The notes beneath the pieces are model-generated. The model saw only the letters and a list, made by a program, of their open reading frames with translations. It was not told the DNA's origin and made no database searches. This document shows, piece by piece, positions 1 to 13,174 of a DNA stretch of 64,000 nucleotides (position 1 is its first letter; every line of letters starts with the position of its first letter). The stretch is taken from assembly GCF_009914755.1 (NCBI RefSeq), contig NC_060934.1; one strand, 5' to 3'. The stretch comes from the human T2T-CHM13v2.0 reference genome, Homo sapiens. The position numbers and the translations under genes were made by a program.

Positions 1-23
1 GGCGTGAGCCACCGTGCCCAGCC
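1..23 (-). mobile_element. 5' end of an antisense Alu, cut by the window edge
   Basis: ggcgtgagccaccgtgcccagcc is the reverse complement of the Alu 5' end. Confidence 0.9.
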
Positions 24-1385
24 TCTGATTGTAAACTTTATTATAGCCTAGCTATAGTGAAGGCATGGTAAAATATTTCTAGCTGTTACTTGGAAAAGCA
101 GATGTGACCATACAGATCTTAGATACCTTTAGAGACCCGTGGTTGGGATCTGAAGAAAACAAGACACTTACCACAACTGCCTCTGGATAAAGGGGAAATG
201 CTCAGTTTCCACAAACCAGTGAGTATGAGAGCTATTAACTGTAAAAATACACACAGTCCTCAGATGGTGAGGGCATGGGTTAGGGTAACAAAAATACAAT
301 GGAGAAAAAAGTGGCATTTCCAATGTGACACATTTAAAATATGGAATGGAATTTCATGGGTCACTTGGAAATAAGATTTTTTTTTCATTGGTATAACTTC
401 AGGCTAGAGATGGTTTGCCACAGAGTAAGTCAAAAAAAATAAAAGAATATGGAGATGACGATGAAAATGACAACTGCCAATAAAAGTCAAAAGGATAGAT
501 TTTGAGAACTCTCCAGAAGAGGGAACAAAAAAATCAAAAGATTTTTTCCCTTGGCAAAGTGCCCCCTCCAAAGCACACATAGTCTGCTTCAACCAACAGC
601 CTATACCCACAGTGTTTTCATATACTAAATGGCATATCACTAAATAACAGTAAATGAGATTAAACTGTAGACTTCCTAGTTGCCTTAAACAACTGATGGT
701 TAATTTCTTGAACACTGAATAACAAATATGCAGTCTCATGACACTGTAAGAAGCTAAAGGTGCTCATTCTTTCCATGAATTCTAAATTGCTATAATACTT
801 ATATTAGGAAAACAGAACAGTGGGAAGGAAAATTTTAAACAAACCCAGAATAAACCACACTTTTGATTGGGTTTCCAGCAATAATCAGTTCCCCATTAGA
901 ATGTGGACCCCGAAGTATACCAAATGCAAGCTCAGTGGAGCTCAGTCTCCTCAGCTGAAAATGAGAGCTTACTCTGGAAATGAGCACTTCTTAACATTTT
1001 TAACCCATGTTCCATCCTATTAAACATAAAAACCTCATACTCCCATTGAATGTTATTTGTGACTTCATAACCAAAACCAAAACCAAACCAAAGCAAGGTA
1101 AGTTTTTATTGTTTTTTTTTCAGTGTCTCATCATAACCATTTACAAATTCATTTATTTACAAATACTTGCATAAATGGACAGATATTAATAATTAATGCT
1201 TTTTTAAATCTTGAAGACAAAAAAGATTTTAAAAAGCCTATGAAGAATAATGATGACAATGAAATGATATTTACTGAGACCTTTGGCAAATGATATTTAC
1301 TGGGACCTTCTTCTCTCCTCCAGAGTTACTATTAATATAAATGATCCTTTCTTTACTAGCATTCAGCCAGAAGAAATGCTGGCTG

Positions 1386-1387
<2 letters not shown>

Positions 1388-1442
<55 letters not shown>
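1388..1442. repeat. (CA)n microsatellite
   Basis: ~55 bp CA run with one TATA interruption. Confidence 0.97.
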
Positions 1443-1649
1443 TATATTAGGCCTTCAATATTTGTTAAATGTTAAAAGAGGTGATAGGTCCTCTTTTACT
1501 ATTCTGAAAATAACAGAACCCTAATATAGTAACCTTTCTCAAGTAATAAAGGATAGAAGCAAGTAGGTTAAGTCTTTGGTATAGAGGTGAACTGTAGAAG
1601 CTTTTGACAACAGTTATGTTAATGAAAACAGTAAGAACACCACCTAATA

Positions 1650-1815
1650 CTAGCACATTTATAAAACACTTAGCAATGTCTAACGTACTTTATGTAATTT
1701 CGACCCTACAGCTGTATGAAGTGAATATTATTATTTGATTAAAACAGTGTCATGAAGCTGTTCAAAGTCACACAGCTAGTTAAGCAGCAGAGCTCAGACT
1801 TAAAACTCTCTGAGA
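1650..1815 (-). mobile_element. MIR fragment
   Basis: aaagtcacacagctagttaagcagcagagctcagact resembles the antisense MIR core. Confidence 0.65.
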
Positions 1816-3198
1816 GCTATCCCATTCACTAACAGCTCTTTATTTTGTCATGAAATGTGGAAAATATCCTCATCCAAACTCCAAAATCAGCATATACATA
1901 AGCACAACCTTTTTTTCTCTCAACCTACCCAATACCCCTTTCTACCAATTCCCATAAAAATTCTTGGAGTTCCTATTGCAGCGTCTTTATGTCTTCATAC
2001 TGGTATGACCAAGGGCACAATGGAAGACTTCTTTCAAAAGGGAACCACCTTCAATCTAAGTCTTGTCTCCTATAACTGTCCCCAAAATGGACATCATCAC
2101 AGGCATAGGCTTTTCAAACCATTAACTAGTGAGGAAATGTCTGGGGTTGTCTGTTCCTCATTTAAAATCAGTCAAATAGGACACATACTACCACTTCATT
2201 CCTAAAAGTTGAGCAAGAATCATCCTCATATCTCCAGCTTTCTGGTTTAGCAAGCAGACACCCGACTCTGGGGACTTGGTAAAGGCCAACTGCACAAGAA
2301 TAAAAAGTGTAACAGAACTGGCAGTTACAGTCTTAGCAATTTTAAAAAATCATTCCAAATGTTTTGGTAGAAATCTTATTAAAGAATGCTAAACTACTGG
2401 CATTAGTAATTTACTGTAAATGAAAGGTATACTAAAGGTAGAATTTTATTCATATAAAATAAACTATTTTACTTCTGAAGGTTATTATGAAGATGAGGCT
2501 AAATTATATGAAAAATGCTAAGCATCCCGCCTAGCTCATAGTAACTACGCAGTAAGTGTCAGCTGCTATTAGTAATACTGCAGAAGTATTAAAAATAAAA
2601 CATAACAACGGAAGGCCATATTTAAAATGAACCAGCAATCAACATTCTGTGTTTAAACATCAACAAAAAACATATCCATCTGTGGTATGTATACATATAT
2701 ATGCATAAAAATATTTAGAAGACAATTTGGAAGAATAAATAGCAAAATGATGATCTCTGGGGAGACAGAAGGGTGGTAGTCAAATGGAACTTTAGCCTGA
2801 CATAAATGCTTTTTGTTTTTTAACAAAGTATTCATGAATTTCCTCTGTAAATAATTTTATTTTAAAAAGAAAAATCATAGTTTCTTCAATTCCATAGTTG
2901 ATTTCAGTATTACATGAAAAAAAGTTTACTTTTTTTATAGTTAACGTGTTCAAATTTCTAAAACCTCATTTTCTTTATTTAGTAATACTATTCAAGGCTT
3001 ATGTTACAAACTGCTTTAATCTTCTTTATGATATTCCTAATTGCTATATTAAAAATATCTGCCTATGCCACCCCCCAACAATTTTATTAGGTTTTAAAAC
3101 CACTCGGTGTATTTAATCAAGGTGCAAAGAGGCTTTCAAAGTCTCGGAAGCCATAAATCAAAACAGTTTCACATAAAAAGATTACCTTTTCCCCTTAA

Positions 3199-3550
<352 letters not shown>

Positions 3551-4234
3551 CCTTGATTCCTTTTAAGACCAAAAGTTTACCTATTTGAAATCATTATAAC
3601 AATTTAAAATGTCTTAAGGAGTGCTATAATTAAAAAACCTCTGCTTCTGTGCTCTTGCTAATTTCTAATTCTCGTTTGTACCATTTGTGACAGTTTTTAT
3701 ATTTTTAACTTTTCTTCTAGTTCACAGCCATAACTTTGACTTTTGCAACGTATTCTTTTTCCTTCAGATCATCTAGATTTTAGCCAATAAAGTGTGTATG
3801 AACTATGTCACAAAAGCTCTTATTAACTCCCTAAAAACAGCAAATAGTGGGCCTTTTGTGGCTCAGGCATGGAGGTAAGCCACATGCACCATGGGCCAGA
3901 CTCAGCCTGGGCCCCTTCAATTTACAAATCCAGCTTAAAATATATTACAGGCCTCTACTGTTGTCCAAAAAGACCAAGACTTCAATGATGACAGAGAGAA
4001 AGCAGCCTCATACTTGAATAGGAGGACACTGGGCTGAATAGGAAATCCCTACCTCAAAGAGCCATGGGATTCAATGATTATGGGAGGCCATGCAATCTCT
4101 TTTTAATAGATTTAAAGTTCAAGAAAGACTTTTACTGTAACTTAATAGGGAACAATGTTTGATCAAAAGGTGTCTCCCTTTAATTTCAAATTTAAAATTC
4201 TAGATATAATTTGTAGCTAGTAGAGGGCAATTCA

Positions 4235-4267
4235 ATCATCATCATCATCATCATCATCTTCATCATC
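4235..4267. repeat. (ATC)8-TTC-(ATC)2 trinucleotide repeat
   Basis: read directly; on the minus strand GAT GAT GAA (GAT)8 followed by TGA. Confidence 0.95.
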
Positions 4268-4529
4268 AGCTGAATACAGAAAGCACATGTATCAACAATT
4301 TTTTTTTCCTTCCAGATGCTCAGCTATGGACTCATTAATATAAAGCAGCTATACCTACAAAAACATACAATAATGTTTCCTCCAGTAGTTAACGCTGTAG
4401 TTCTAGAAGACTTAAAGACTGCAGAAATCTGAAAGTATAGGCACCTTGAGGCTGCCTCACTCTAATCTCAGAACACAGTCAATCCCACACATTCTATTAT
4501 TCTCCCCTGTATGCCCTCATGTACCTGGC

Positions 4530-4790
4530 ACTCTAGTTACCTATTTATTCATATCCCTCAGGACTATAAATGCCTTGAGAACAGAGACTCAATCTTCTCT
4601 GCCTTACTTTGTAAGTCCTGCTGCCTTGCATAGAGTAGATGCTCCACAAAAACTGAATGAAACATAATAAATATTAGCCATTTATATGTTGGCCTCACCC
4701 AAGTTCCTGAGGGCAGACTTTACTGAATGTTGATCTCTGCATCCCTACCAGAGCCTACCATACAGTGGCACTTAAAAGCCTATCACATAT
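4530..4790 (+). mobile_element. L2 3'-end fragments (two)
   Basis: ...ccttgagaacagagact...catagagtagatgctc...tgaatgaa and tcctgagggcagact resemble the L2 3' tail. Confidence 0.65.
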
Positions 4791-4959
4791 ATTTTTAAAT
4801 TCAAGTTTCTAATTTATTTTGAATTTTATTTGCATTTATTCAATTCATGATACGTGTTTACTAAAACAAAACACATTTCTGAAATGAAACAACTCTCTCC
4901 CACCCCCGGAAGCTCTTGATAGAGAGGGAAATAAAACTTTTCAACTAATTTTTAGTCCT

Positions 4960-5400
4960 CAATGTGATGACTACAGAGAAGAAAAGCGACCAAAGCCCAC
5001 TGTCCAGTCTTTTCTGTGCTGTTCCGGTGGCTCTTCCTCCAGAATCCGGGCAGAACAAAGTCTTTCTTCAAAAAGAGTCACCCTTTGCTGCATAGATTTT
5101 ATTCAGTCAGCACTCGTTCCCAGCTCTTTCACAACTGTGACATGTTCATTATTTGAAAACTCTCTCTGCCCACCCTGCGTGTGACCATGCCCAGCTCAAC
5201 TTACAACAGATAGCCAGCTAGGGCAGCATCGTGTTACTGCCCTTGTGAAACACAACTTTAGTGCTAGCAGCCGTTTCACCACTCAGGAGTTCAATGAAAG
5301 ATGTTCAGTGTGACCTGCAGCCTAATGGCTGATTGGTAGCACACAACAGGCCTACCTCCCAGTACCCTCAATTTTGAGACACACACATATCCCAGTGGAA
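4960..5400 (-). promoter_or_regulatory. Candidate internal promoter/enhancer
   Basis: unique sequence retaining several CpGs; CCAAT box (minus TACCAATCAG, ~5330-5339); ERE-like TGTTCA-gtg-TGACCT at 5302-5316. Confidence 0.4.
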
Positions 5401-5479
5401 AAGGTGATAACCTTCTGGGAATCTAGATAAATAGTTCTGTCAAGTTTTCTCCAGGAAAAAATGGTGATTTAACATTCCC

Positions 5480-5790
5480 AGCTAGGTGCAGGTGCTCAGG
5501 CCTATAATCCCAACATTTTGGGAGGCCAAGGCAGGAGGATTGCTTGAGACCAAGAGTTTGAGATCAGCCTGTTTAAGACAGGGAGACCCCATCTCTATAA
5601 AAAAATTAGCCGAGGCTGGTGATGCGTGCCTGTAGTCCCAGCTACTCAGGGGACTGAGGTGGGAGGATCGCTTTAGCCTGGGAGTTCAAGGCTGCAGTAA
5701 GCTATCATCAAGCTATTGCACTCTAGCCTGGGTGATGGAGTAAAATCGTTTCAAGAAAACAAAAACAGAACAAGCAACAACAACAACAAA
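5480..5790 (+). mobile_element. AluJ
   Basis: dimeric Alu with ggaggattgcttgag J-type motifs and a (CAA)n-degenerated tail. Confidence 0.93.
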
Positions 5791-5875
5791 CATTCCTCTG
5801 AGTCACTCTAGTACCAGATTATTTCCATGTGTTACAATAGGGACAATCGACTGCAACATGCGTCATGTCACTTAC

Positions 5876-5934
5876 CTAATACGAAGTCAGAACATAAACA
5901 TGTGAGCCATATATGATTCCTTCTTCTAATCCTC
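5876..5934 (-). other. Candidate 59-nt internal exon
   Basis: minus strand ...tcttactgctttgaacag|GAGGATTAG...CGTATTAG|gtaagt; consensus donor, unique sequence. Confidence 0.5.
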
Positions 5935-7299
5935 CTGTTCAAAGCAGTAAGATAAATGGTTTATTCCTCTTGACTTTACAAAATGAAATTAAAAATAAAA
6001 ATGCTATTGAGTAGAAACCTCCTTGTTCTACCCTGGTCCTCTGGTCAGACACAGAATTTTAAAGTTAGAAAGGATCTTTGAGTCAGATTCCTCATTTAAT
6101 AAATCTAGTCTGAGACTCACAAAAGTTAAATGGTTTGCCACAGTTAGAAACAAGAACAGAGAACCAAAATTAGAATAAAGGTCTCCTGCCTCCTCAGCCC
6201 ATGTGCTTTCCAGAATACCACACTAAATCCAGTCTCTTGCCAAGAACTTCACCCTAACCTGATAATCCTGGAGAGGCTGTTCTCAGCTTTACTTCACTCC
6301 CTACCTCTTGGTAGTCTAGCTACATAATCATCCACTAAAAAAGAAAAAAAAATTAAAGAGAAGCCTTCCATGTCTAAAAGTAACTTAGTGACAGCATTGT
6401 TTTCTTAAAGATATAATATTACCCCTAGCAACTGCTACAGAGTTCTTCCTTCCCCACTGTTTCCAAGACAAGACTGAATGTCCTCTAAGACCCTGCTTCC
6501 CTAAATGGTCCTCAAGCATGTTCTGAAAAAAACTAGGAAAGCCCCATACAAGGTCCCTTATTATACAGAGAGAATGAAGTTGGTGCCCATTTGAGAGGAG
6601 GTCAGATGACTAGGCACATTCAAGATGGGGAAAACAGTCTTAGAGACTCGAAAGCAATAGAGGACAGCTTCTGTCACTGAACAAATACCAATGAGAATCT
6701 AAGTGCCACGCCCTGTGTTACCTGATGCAGTAATTGACAGGGACATCTTAGGACACAAGCTTACAAGCTACTAAATAACTGGTAATTCTCCCCATAAAAC
6801 CCATCACCATAAAATCCATTAATCCAATAATCCTAAACATGTTCCAGACCTTAGACTTTGCTACAGAAAATACCAAATACATAATTTGGTATCTTAATTT
6901 CACATCTGACTATTTCTACTTCTTTTCTCCTAGTCTAATGAGCAAAGAAATAGTTCGAATGTGGGCAACAGAAAAAATGAAAACAGTATTTTTTAAAGAT
7001 ATAATATGAAAATAAATCAAAATAATAAGTAATAGGATATCAGAATATAATTTTGATGGTTTAAGATTCCTTTTGATAAATACTTGAAAAAGTAGAAATT
7101 AAGGTTGTGACAACTTAGGGTTTTCATATTCTTTATGCCCATATAAAAGTTAATAAAATAAATTGTGCATAAATTATTTAAAATTATAATTTAGTAACAG
7201 TCTTGAGTTAAAAATCTTAGATCATATTAATGAAAACAGAGAAGCAGATAAGTAAAAACATATTAAATTTCTCATTTATCAAGAGATACCATCCTATTC

Positions 7300-8570
7300 T
7301 TAACTGTTAATGATAGGTGTCATATAAATTTAAAGTTAAAAAAATATTTAAAATAATCCTTAGTTTTCAAAGCCTTAGATGCACAATAAGTTAAAAATGA
7401 AAACCAAATTAAACATAAAACTTTAAATCAAAACAGCAAAAAATCCAAAACACAATGAAAACAAGGAAGAATTTCAAACAAAAAGCTGAAAAGATCAATA
7501 AAACCAATCAGAACAATTTGGAAACAAATTTAAATGCATTAAATATTTGTTAAGAGACAAAGTTCTTTTTAGGATAAAAAATAAAATCCAAGTATGTTCT
7601 ACTTTTAGGAAACATATCTAAAAGTAATGACAAAGAAAGTGTAAATATAACGGGAAGCACAGATTTATGGAGAAATATAAACTAAGGTAGCAATATCAAT
7701 GTCAGCTAAAACAAAACACAAGTCATAAATTAGAAAGTCATGGCTGGGTGCAGTGGCACACACCTGTAATCCCAGCACTTTGGGAGGCTAGGCCAGAAGG
7801 ATCGCTTGAGGCCAGAAGTTCAAGACCAGTCTGGGCAATATAGCAAGGCCCTATCTCTACAAAAAATTAAAAGGAAAAATTAGCCAGGTGTAGTGGCACA
7901 CTTATAGTACCAGCTAGCCAGGAGGATTGCCCACTTGAGCCCTAGAGATTGGAAGGTGCAATGAGCTATGATCGTGCCTCTGCATTCCAGCCTTGGTGAC
8001 AAAGCAAGACCCTTTATTTAATAAAAAAAAAAAAAAGAAGTCATATTACTCTGATAAAAGGTATAATCCTCAATTGAGATGCTGACAGTAAATAACACAT
8101 AACACATTAACACATACACCAAAATAAAAACTTATAGAACTACAAATAATTAAAATTGACGGAAGAAATCAGTGATTTACAACTTTAAGCCTTTGAGAGA
8201 TCAGACAAAAAAATAATAAAGTTCAACAACATAATAGGTATTTAGGTATCTCATAAAGAAAACTTCTTTAAAAAGGTCTGTGTAACTTTACGAAAACTGA
8301 TCATAGGCTAGTCCAGAAATACAACCATAAAAATCTAGAAAAGCAGAATGCCATATATTAACATCATTCTATTATTAATACCAAAAGCTTAAAAGTAACT
8401 TGGAAATTTGCAAAACATTCTCTCAAATAATTAATCAAAAAGGAACTCTTGGCATGTAATCATATGTATTTTAAAAACTACTTTAATTGAGAATACCATA
8501 CCAATATATAGACAATATAGCAAACAGTATAAAGAAAAACTTAAAACTCTGAAATGCTTTCCATTTTATA
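7300..8570 (+). mobile_element. Old, degenerate L1M ORF2 region (interrupted by an Alu)
   Basis: strongly A-rich with L1 ORF2-like motifs (ggtagcaatatcaatgtcag, gaaaactgatcatagg). Confidence 0.6.
7742..8036 (+). mobile_element. AluJ
   Basis: dimeric Alu, poly-A, TSD-like agaa(a)gtcat. Confidence 0.93.
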
Positions 8571-8574
8571 TTAG

Positions 8575-9310
8575 CGTATAAACTTTCTGCCATAACAAAG
8601 AGACTCAAAAGTAGCTCAAGTGAGAAAGAAATTCTTCTTTTTCATGCCAAAATATGGGGTGACAGGGGAAGGTGTGTTTCACAAGATCATCTGTGGACCC
8701 AGGCTGGCCCTGCCATCTTCCACGTGGTTTCCAAAGTAGTTTCCAACTAAGATGGCTACTGTAACTGGTGTAACATCCCAGCCAGCAGAAAAGGAAAAAA
8801 GAAAGTCTAGGGTAAGTGGCTTGTCTTAACAGAGGTGATCTTACACACATTACCATTAACCTCTCATTAGTCACACAGCCACATGTTGCTGTAAAAGAAG
8901 CAGAGAAGCACAGTTTCTAGATAGGGAGCCATGTGCTTAGCTAAACTCTAGGGGATCCATTCCTAAAGGAAGAAATAGATTCTGGGCCCGGCACGGTGGC
9001 TCACGTCTGTAATACCAACACTTTGGGAGGCCGAGGCTAGCGGATCGCAAGGTCAGGAGTTCGAGACTAGCCTGGCTAATATGGTGAAACCCCATTTCTA
9101 CTAAAAATACAAAAACTAGCCGGGCATGGTGGCGGGCACCTGTAGTCCCAGCTACTCAGAAGGCTGAGGCAGAGAATTGCTTGAACTTGGGAGGCCGAGG
9201 TTGCAGTGCACCGAGATCGTGCCACTACACTCCAGGCTGGGTGACAGAGCAAGACTCCGTCTCCGAAAAAAAAAAAAAGATTCTAAGGGACATTGGTATG
9301 TTGGTATGTC
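8575..9310 (-). mobile_element. Old MLT1 (ERVL-MaLR) solo LTR, split by an Alu
   Basis: homologous to the LTRs at 47691 and 49896 (caagatcatc, catgtgcttagctaaac motifs). Confidence 0.6.
8984..9279 (+). mobile_element. AluS
   Basis: full dimer, poly-A, TSD AGATTCT. Confidence 0.95.
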
Positions 9311-9719
9311 TTCTAACCAGTTTTTCTAGTTAAAAAACATGAAATAAAAGTCAACTCAAGAAGTTAAGAACACGAAAGCAGAACCAAGAACCAGTTGTAA
9401 TTATTTCATTTTATCTGGCTGCTTCTTAGTGTCCAGGGTACTACCAAACATCGATTCAAGAAACTGGAAATGTACACCAATTCATTCCGAGGATTCCAAT
9501 ACATCAAACTACAGACTAGACAGTATATTGAGAATTCGTCTACTCTCTTTCCTTATTTAGGGACTTTTAATTCATATATTCTTTATGTATATTGTATACA
9601 CTGATTTATCTAAATGGATTTTTCAGGATGACTAAGTTTTAGCATTACACAAAGGTCTTCTAACATTAGACAGAAGTTAATCTTTTGCTAGTAAAACAAC
9701 TTTCAAAATTTGTGTACCA

Positions 9720-10085
9720 GGGTTTTTTTAAGCATTGTTACTGAGATAATAGTTTACATATAATAAAATATATAAATTTTAAGTGTACTTTTCAGTGGGT
9801 TTGGACAAATTTATATCTCCATATAATCACCACCAGAATCAAGATATAGAACACAACCATTATCCCAAAAAGTTCCCTTGTACTGCCTCCAGATCAGTCA
9901 CAACCCACCCTTAGCTGCATGCAACAACTTGTCCACTGTTTGTCACCATACAGTAAATTTATCTCTTCTCACACTTCTGATATACTAACCTAGAGCAGTA
10001 AATGGAATCAGTTGTGGTGTTCTGTATCTGGCTTATTTTACTCAGTATAATGTTTTTGAAGTTTATCCATATTTCTAGTGTGTAT
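9720..10085 (-). mobile_element. L1M 3' end
   Basis: antisense L1M 3'UTR motifs (caccaccagaatcaagatatagaac, aatggaatc...tctggcttatttt). Confidence 0.75.
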
Positions 10086-10087
10086 TA

Positions 10088-10260
10088 TTTTCAAAATGGT
10101 AAATGAACATTGGCTTCAAGTCACCAGCTGCATTAGCCCCTAGCAAGAGAGTCAGCTTCTCCTTTGAAGCTTTGAAGCCAAGCATTGACTCTCCCTCTCT
10201 AGCTATGAAAGTCTTATATGATATCGTCTTCGAATATAAGGCTGTTTCATTTGCATTGAG
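10088..10260 (-). mobile_element. Tigger1 transposase fragment (inverted)
   Basis: reverse complement matches Tigger1 ...GGCTTCAAAGCTTCAAAGGA...GGGGCTAATGCAGCTGGTGAC... Confidence 0.85.
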
Positions 10261-10567
10261 GCCATTAAGAATTATGCTAGGGCCATGAATAATTATGCTA
10301 AATCTACACTACTCTGTAAATGGAACAACAAAGCCTGGATGACAGCATGTCTGTTTACACTATGGTTTGCTGAATAGTTTAAGCCCACTGTTGAGAGTCA
10401 CTGTTCAGAGAAAAAGATTCCTTTCAAAATATTATTGCTCAATGAAAATGCACCTAGTCACCCAACAGCTCTAATGGAGATGTACAAGGACATTAATGTT
10501 GTTTTCATGCCTGCTAACATGATATCCATCCTGCAGCTTACGGAACAAAAAGTAATTTCAGTTTTCA
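10261..10567 (+). mobile_element. Tigger1 transposase fragment
   Basis: translates [47 protein letters not shown], matching the pogo/Tigger1 DDE region. Confidence 0.9.
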
Positions 10568-10918
10568 TTCCATGCTCATGGATAGGAAGAACCAATATCA
10601 CGGAAATGGCCATACTGCCCAAAGTAATTTATAGATTCAATGCTATCCCCATCAAGCTACCACTGCCTTTCTTCACAAAACTGGATAGAACTACTTTAAA
10701 CTGCATATGGAACCAAAAAAGAGCCTGCATAGCCAAGACAATCCTAAGCAAAAAGAACAAAGCTGGAGGCATCATGCTACCTGACTTCAAACTATACTAC
10801 AAGGCTACAGTAACTAAAACAGTATGGTACTGGTACCAAAACAGATACATAGACCAATGGAACAGAACAGAGGCCTCAGAAATAACATCATGCATCTACA
10901 ACCATCTGATCTTTGACA
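10566..10918 (+). mobile_element. L1PA ORF2 internal fragment
   Basis: IPCSWIGR...[11 protein letters not shown]...[11 protein letters not shown]...WYWYQNR...DQWNRTE is L1 ORF2p sequence. Confidence 0.95.
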
Positions 10919-11060
10919 TATCTGGACTTCTTGGTCCAGAGCTGAGTTCAAGTCCTGGATATCCTTGTTAATTTTCTGTCTCATTGATCTAATATTGACG
11001 GTGGGGTGTTAAAGTCTCCCACTATTATTGTGTGGGAGTCTAAGTCTCTTTGTAGCACTC
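10919..11060 (-). mobile_element. L1PA ORF2 endonuclease-region fragment (inverted)
   Basis: ggtccagagctgagttcaagtcctggatatcc...ggggtgttaaagtctcccactattattgtgtgggag is antisense L1 EN sequence. Confidence 0.9.
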
Positions 11061-11339
11061 TTTAAACTGAGGAGAAATCTCTCTCTGTAACTTTTCCCCA
11101 TTGATTCTAGCTATGACTTTCTGTAGATCTAAATCCAGTCCTTCTTATTCTTGAAAGCAATCCAAATTACCAAAACTAGGAATGCTAAAGCTGTAATATT
11201 TTTATTGTGACTCTACTGATACATGTGCTAGAGAGTCTTGGATATGCACTTTTCTTCTCTCTAAATCTACCTCCACTGGTACTAGGCTAAACTGGTTGGA
11301 GTGAGGGGTGTGGGATCACGGAACCAGGAGAAGCTAGCT

Positions 11340-12090
11340 GATTACAAATGGACTTGGGAGTATCTAAGGAATAGCAAGAAGGCATGTGTGGCTAGAGGAG
11401 AGTGAGCAAGACAGTGAGTGACAGGAGATAAAGTCAGCAGGCCTGTTAGAACATGTGAGACAACGTTTCATCCTGTGTGTGCTGGGTAGCCACTGAAGGG
11501 TTCTGAACAGAGGAATGACAGAAACTGTTTAACATTAAAAAAAAAAAAAAAAACACCTTTTACTCCTATATGGAGGACTGACTGGAGAGATACAATGAGG
11601 AGATAAGGAAGGCCGGTTAGAAGACGATATTATCACCTAGGTGACTTATGACAGTGACTTACAATAGGGCAGTAAGGGTGAGGAGTGGGGTAGGAGTAAT
11701 TTGGGATACATTTTGAAAGGCAGGCATATAAGCCTTACTAATGGACTGGATGTGGGATATGGAATAAAAAGTCACACATGACTTTGAGTTTTTGGCCTGG
11801 AACAACTGGGTATATCACTTACCCAGGGAGAAAAGTTCAAGATTTACATTTTAGACATACTAAGTTTGAAATGTTTATTAGACTCCAAAATGGAGATGTT
11901 GAAAAGACATAAAAATAAGTCTAGAACTCATGGGAGAGACCAAAGTAAAGAAATTGTAAATTTGGGAGAACAGATGGCATTTAAAACATGGGATCATATG
12001 AGATCGTGTGGAAAATAAATACAGAAGGCTAAGGACTGAGCCCTGAGAAATGTCAACTTTTAGAGACCATAAAGAAGAGAAGATAGCAAA
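11340..12090 (-). mobile_element. L2
   Basis: antisense L2 motifs (ggatacattttgaa, ggatgtggga, ggcctggaacaactggg). Confidence 0.8.
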
Positions 12091-12877
12091 GGAGATTTTG
12101 TACTTTTATGACTCTTCCTCAAAAAGAAGTTAGAATTATTTTATGTCTACAAACTATGAAGTCCATAGCCAACCATCATAATCCTCTTCAAAAACCACTT
12201 TTTAGAGTCACATGCCTACTCTATTTCTGACTCCTGACCAACTAACAATCTGAATAGCTACATTTCACCTGTCAGCTGTTCAACTACCCCATCCCTGGTC
12301 TCTGGCATGTGTTGCAGTTTCTGGATCAAAGTTTTCACAACAGCTAGGAACTTCTAGTTGTCCAACAGTTACCAGGAGGCACGTGGAGAGCATGTTCCCC
12401 AGAGCTGCCAAAAGTTCTTGGCATATGATCAACGAAGCACACAATGAATGAGTGTTCAGCAATTAATCAGGTGACAGAGAACAACTGACATGTTAGGGGA
12501 CTGCAGAATGAGCCAGAGTAAAGCTAGACAAGAAACACAAGTCCTTACTCCAGGCTGCTCACCCCAGGAGAATCCACTCTAGGTCACCCAGTGTGATCAG
12601 ATATTCTTACCTAGAAAAGCTGAAATAATCCGAAGTTTACTACGTGTTTATGGAAACATGACAGCATTTCCTGGGAGCTGCTTATATCATGAACAAACAG
12701 TAGGTACTGTACATAATAGGCACTTGTTCTGTCCGCCTCCCCATCTCAGAATTAGACTGGAGACAGCTCTTCTCTCTCAGCCTCATCTGTAAAGGGAATT
12801 CCAGCCTATCTCATAGGTAATTATGAAGATTATATGAGATAATGTAAGTAAAGTGCCTGGTACATAGAAAATGTTCA

Positions 12878-13174
12878 GGCCGGGCGTGATGGCTCACACC
12901 TGTAATCCCAGCACTTTGGGAGGCCGAGGCAGGGGGATCATGAGATCAGGAGTTCGAGACCAGCCTGACCAACATGGTGAAACCATGTCTCTACTAAAAA
13001 TACAAAAAAAATTAGCTGGGCTGGTGGCGTGCACCTGTAATCCCAGCTGCTCAGGAGGCTGAGGAAGGAGAATTACTTGAACCCGGGAGGTGGAGGTTGC
13101 AGCAAGCCGAGATTGTGCCATTGCACGCCAGCATGGGTGACAGAGCGAGACTCCATCTCAAAAAAAAAAAAAAA
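12878..13174 (+). mobile_element. AluS inserted in a MIR
   Basis: full dimer with poly-A; MIR sequence at ~12760-12877 resumes after it. Confidence 0.95.

Noticed and set aside
1262-1309. 22-bp direct repeat aaatgatatttactg(a/g)gacctt x2
   Set aside because: Two copies only; ordinary slippage duplication, not an array
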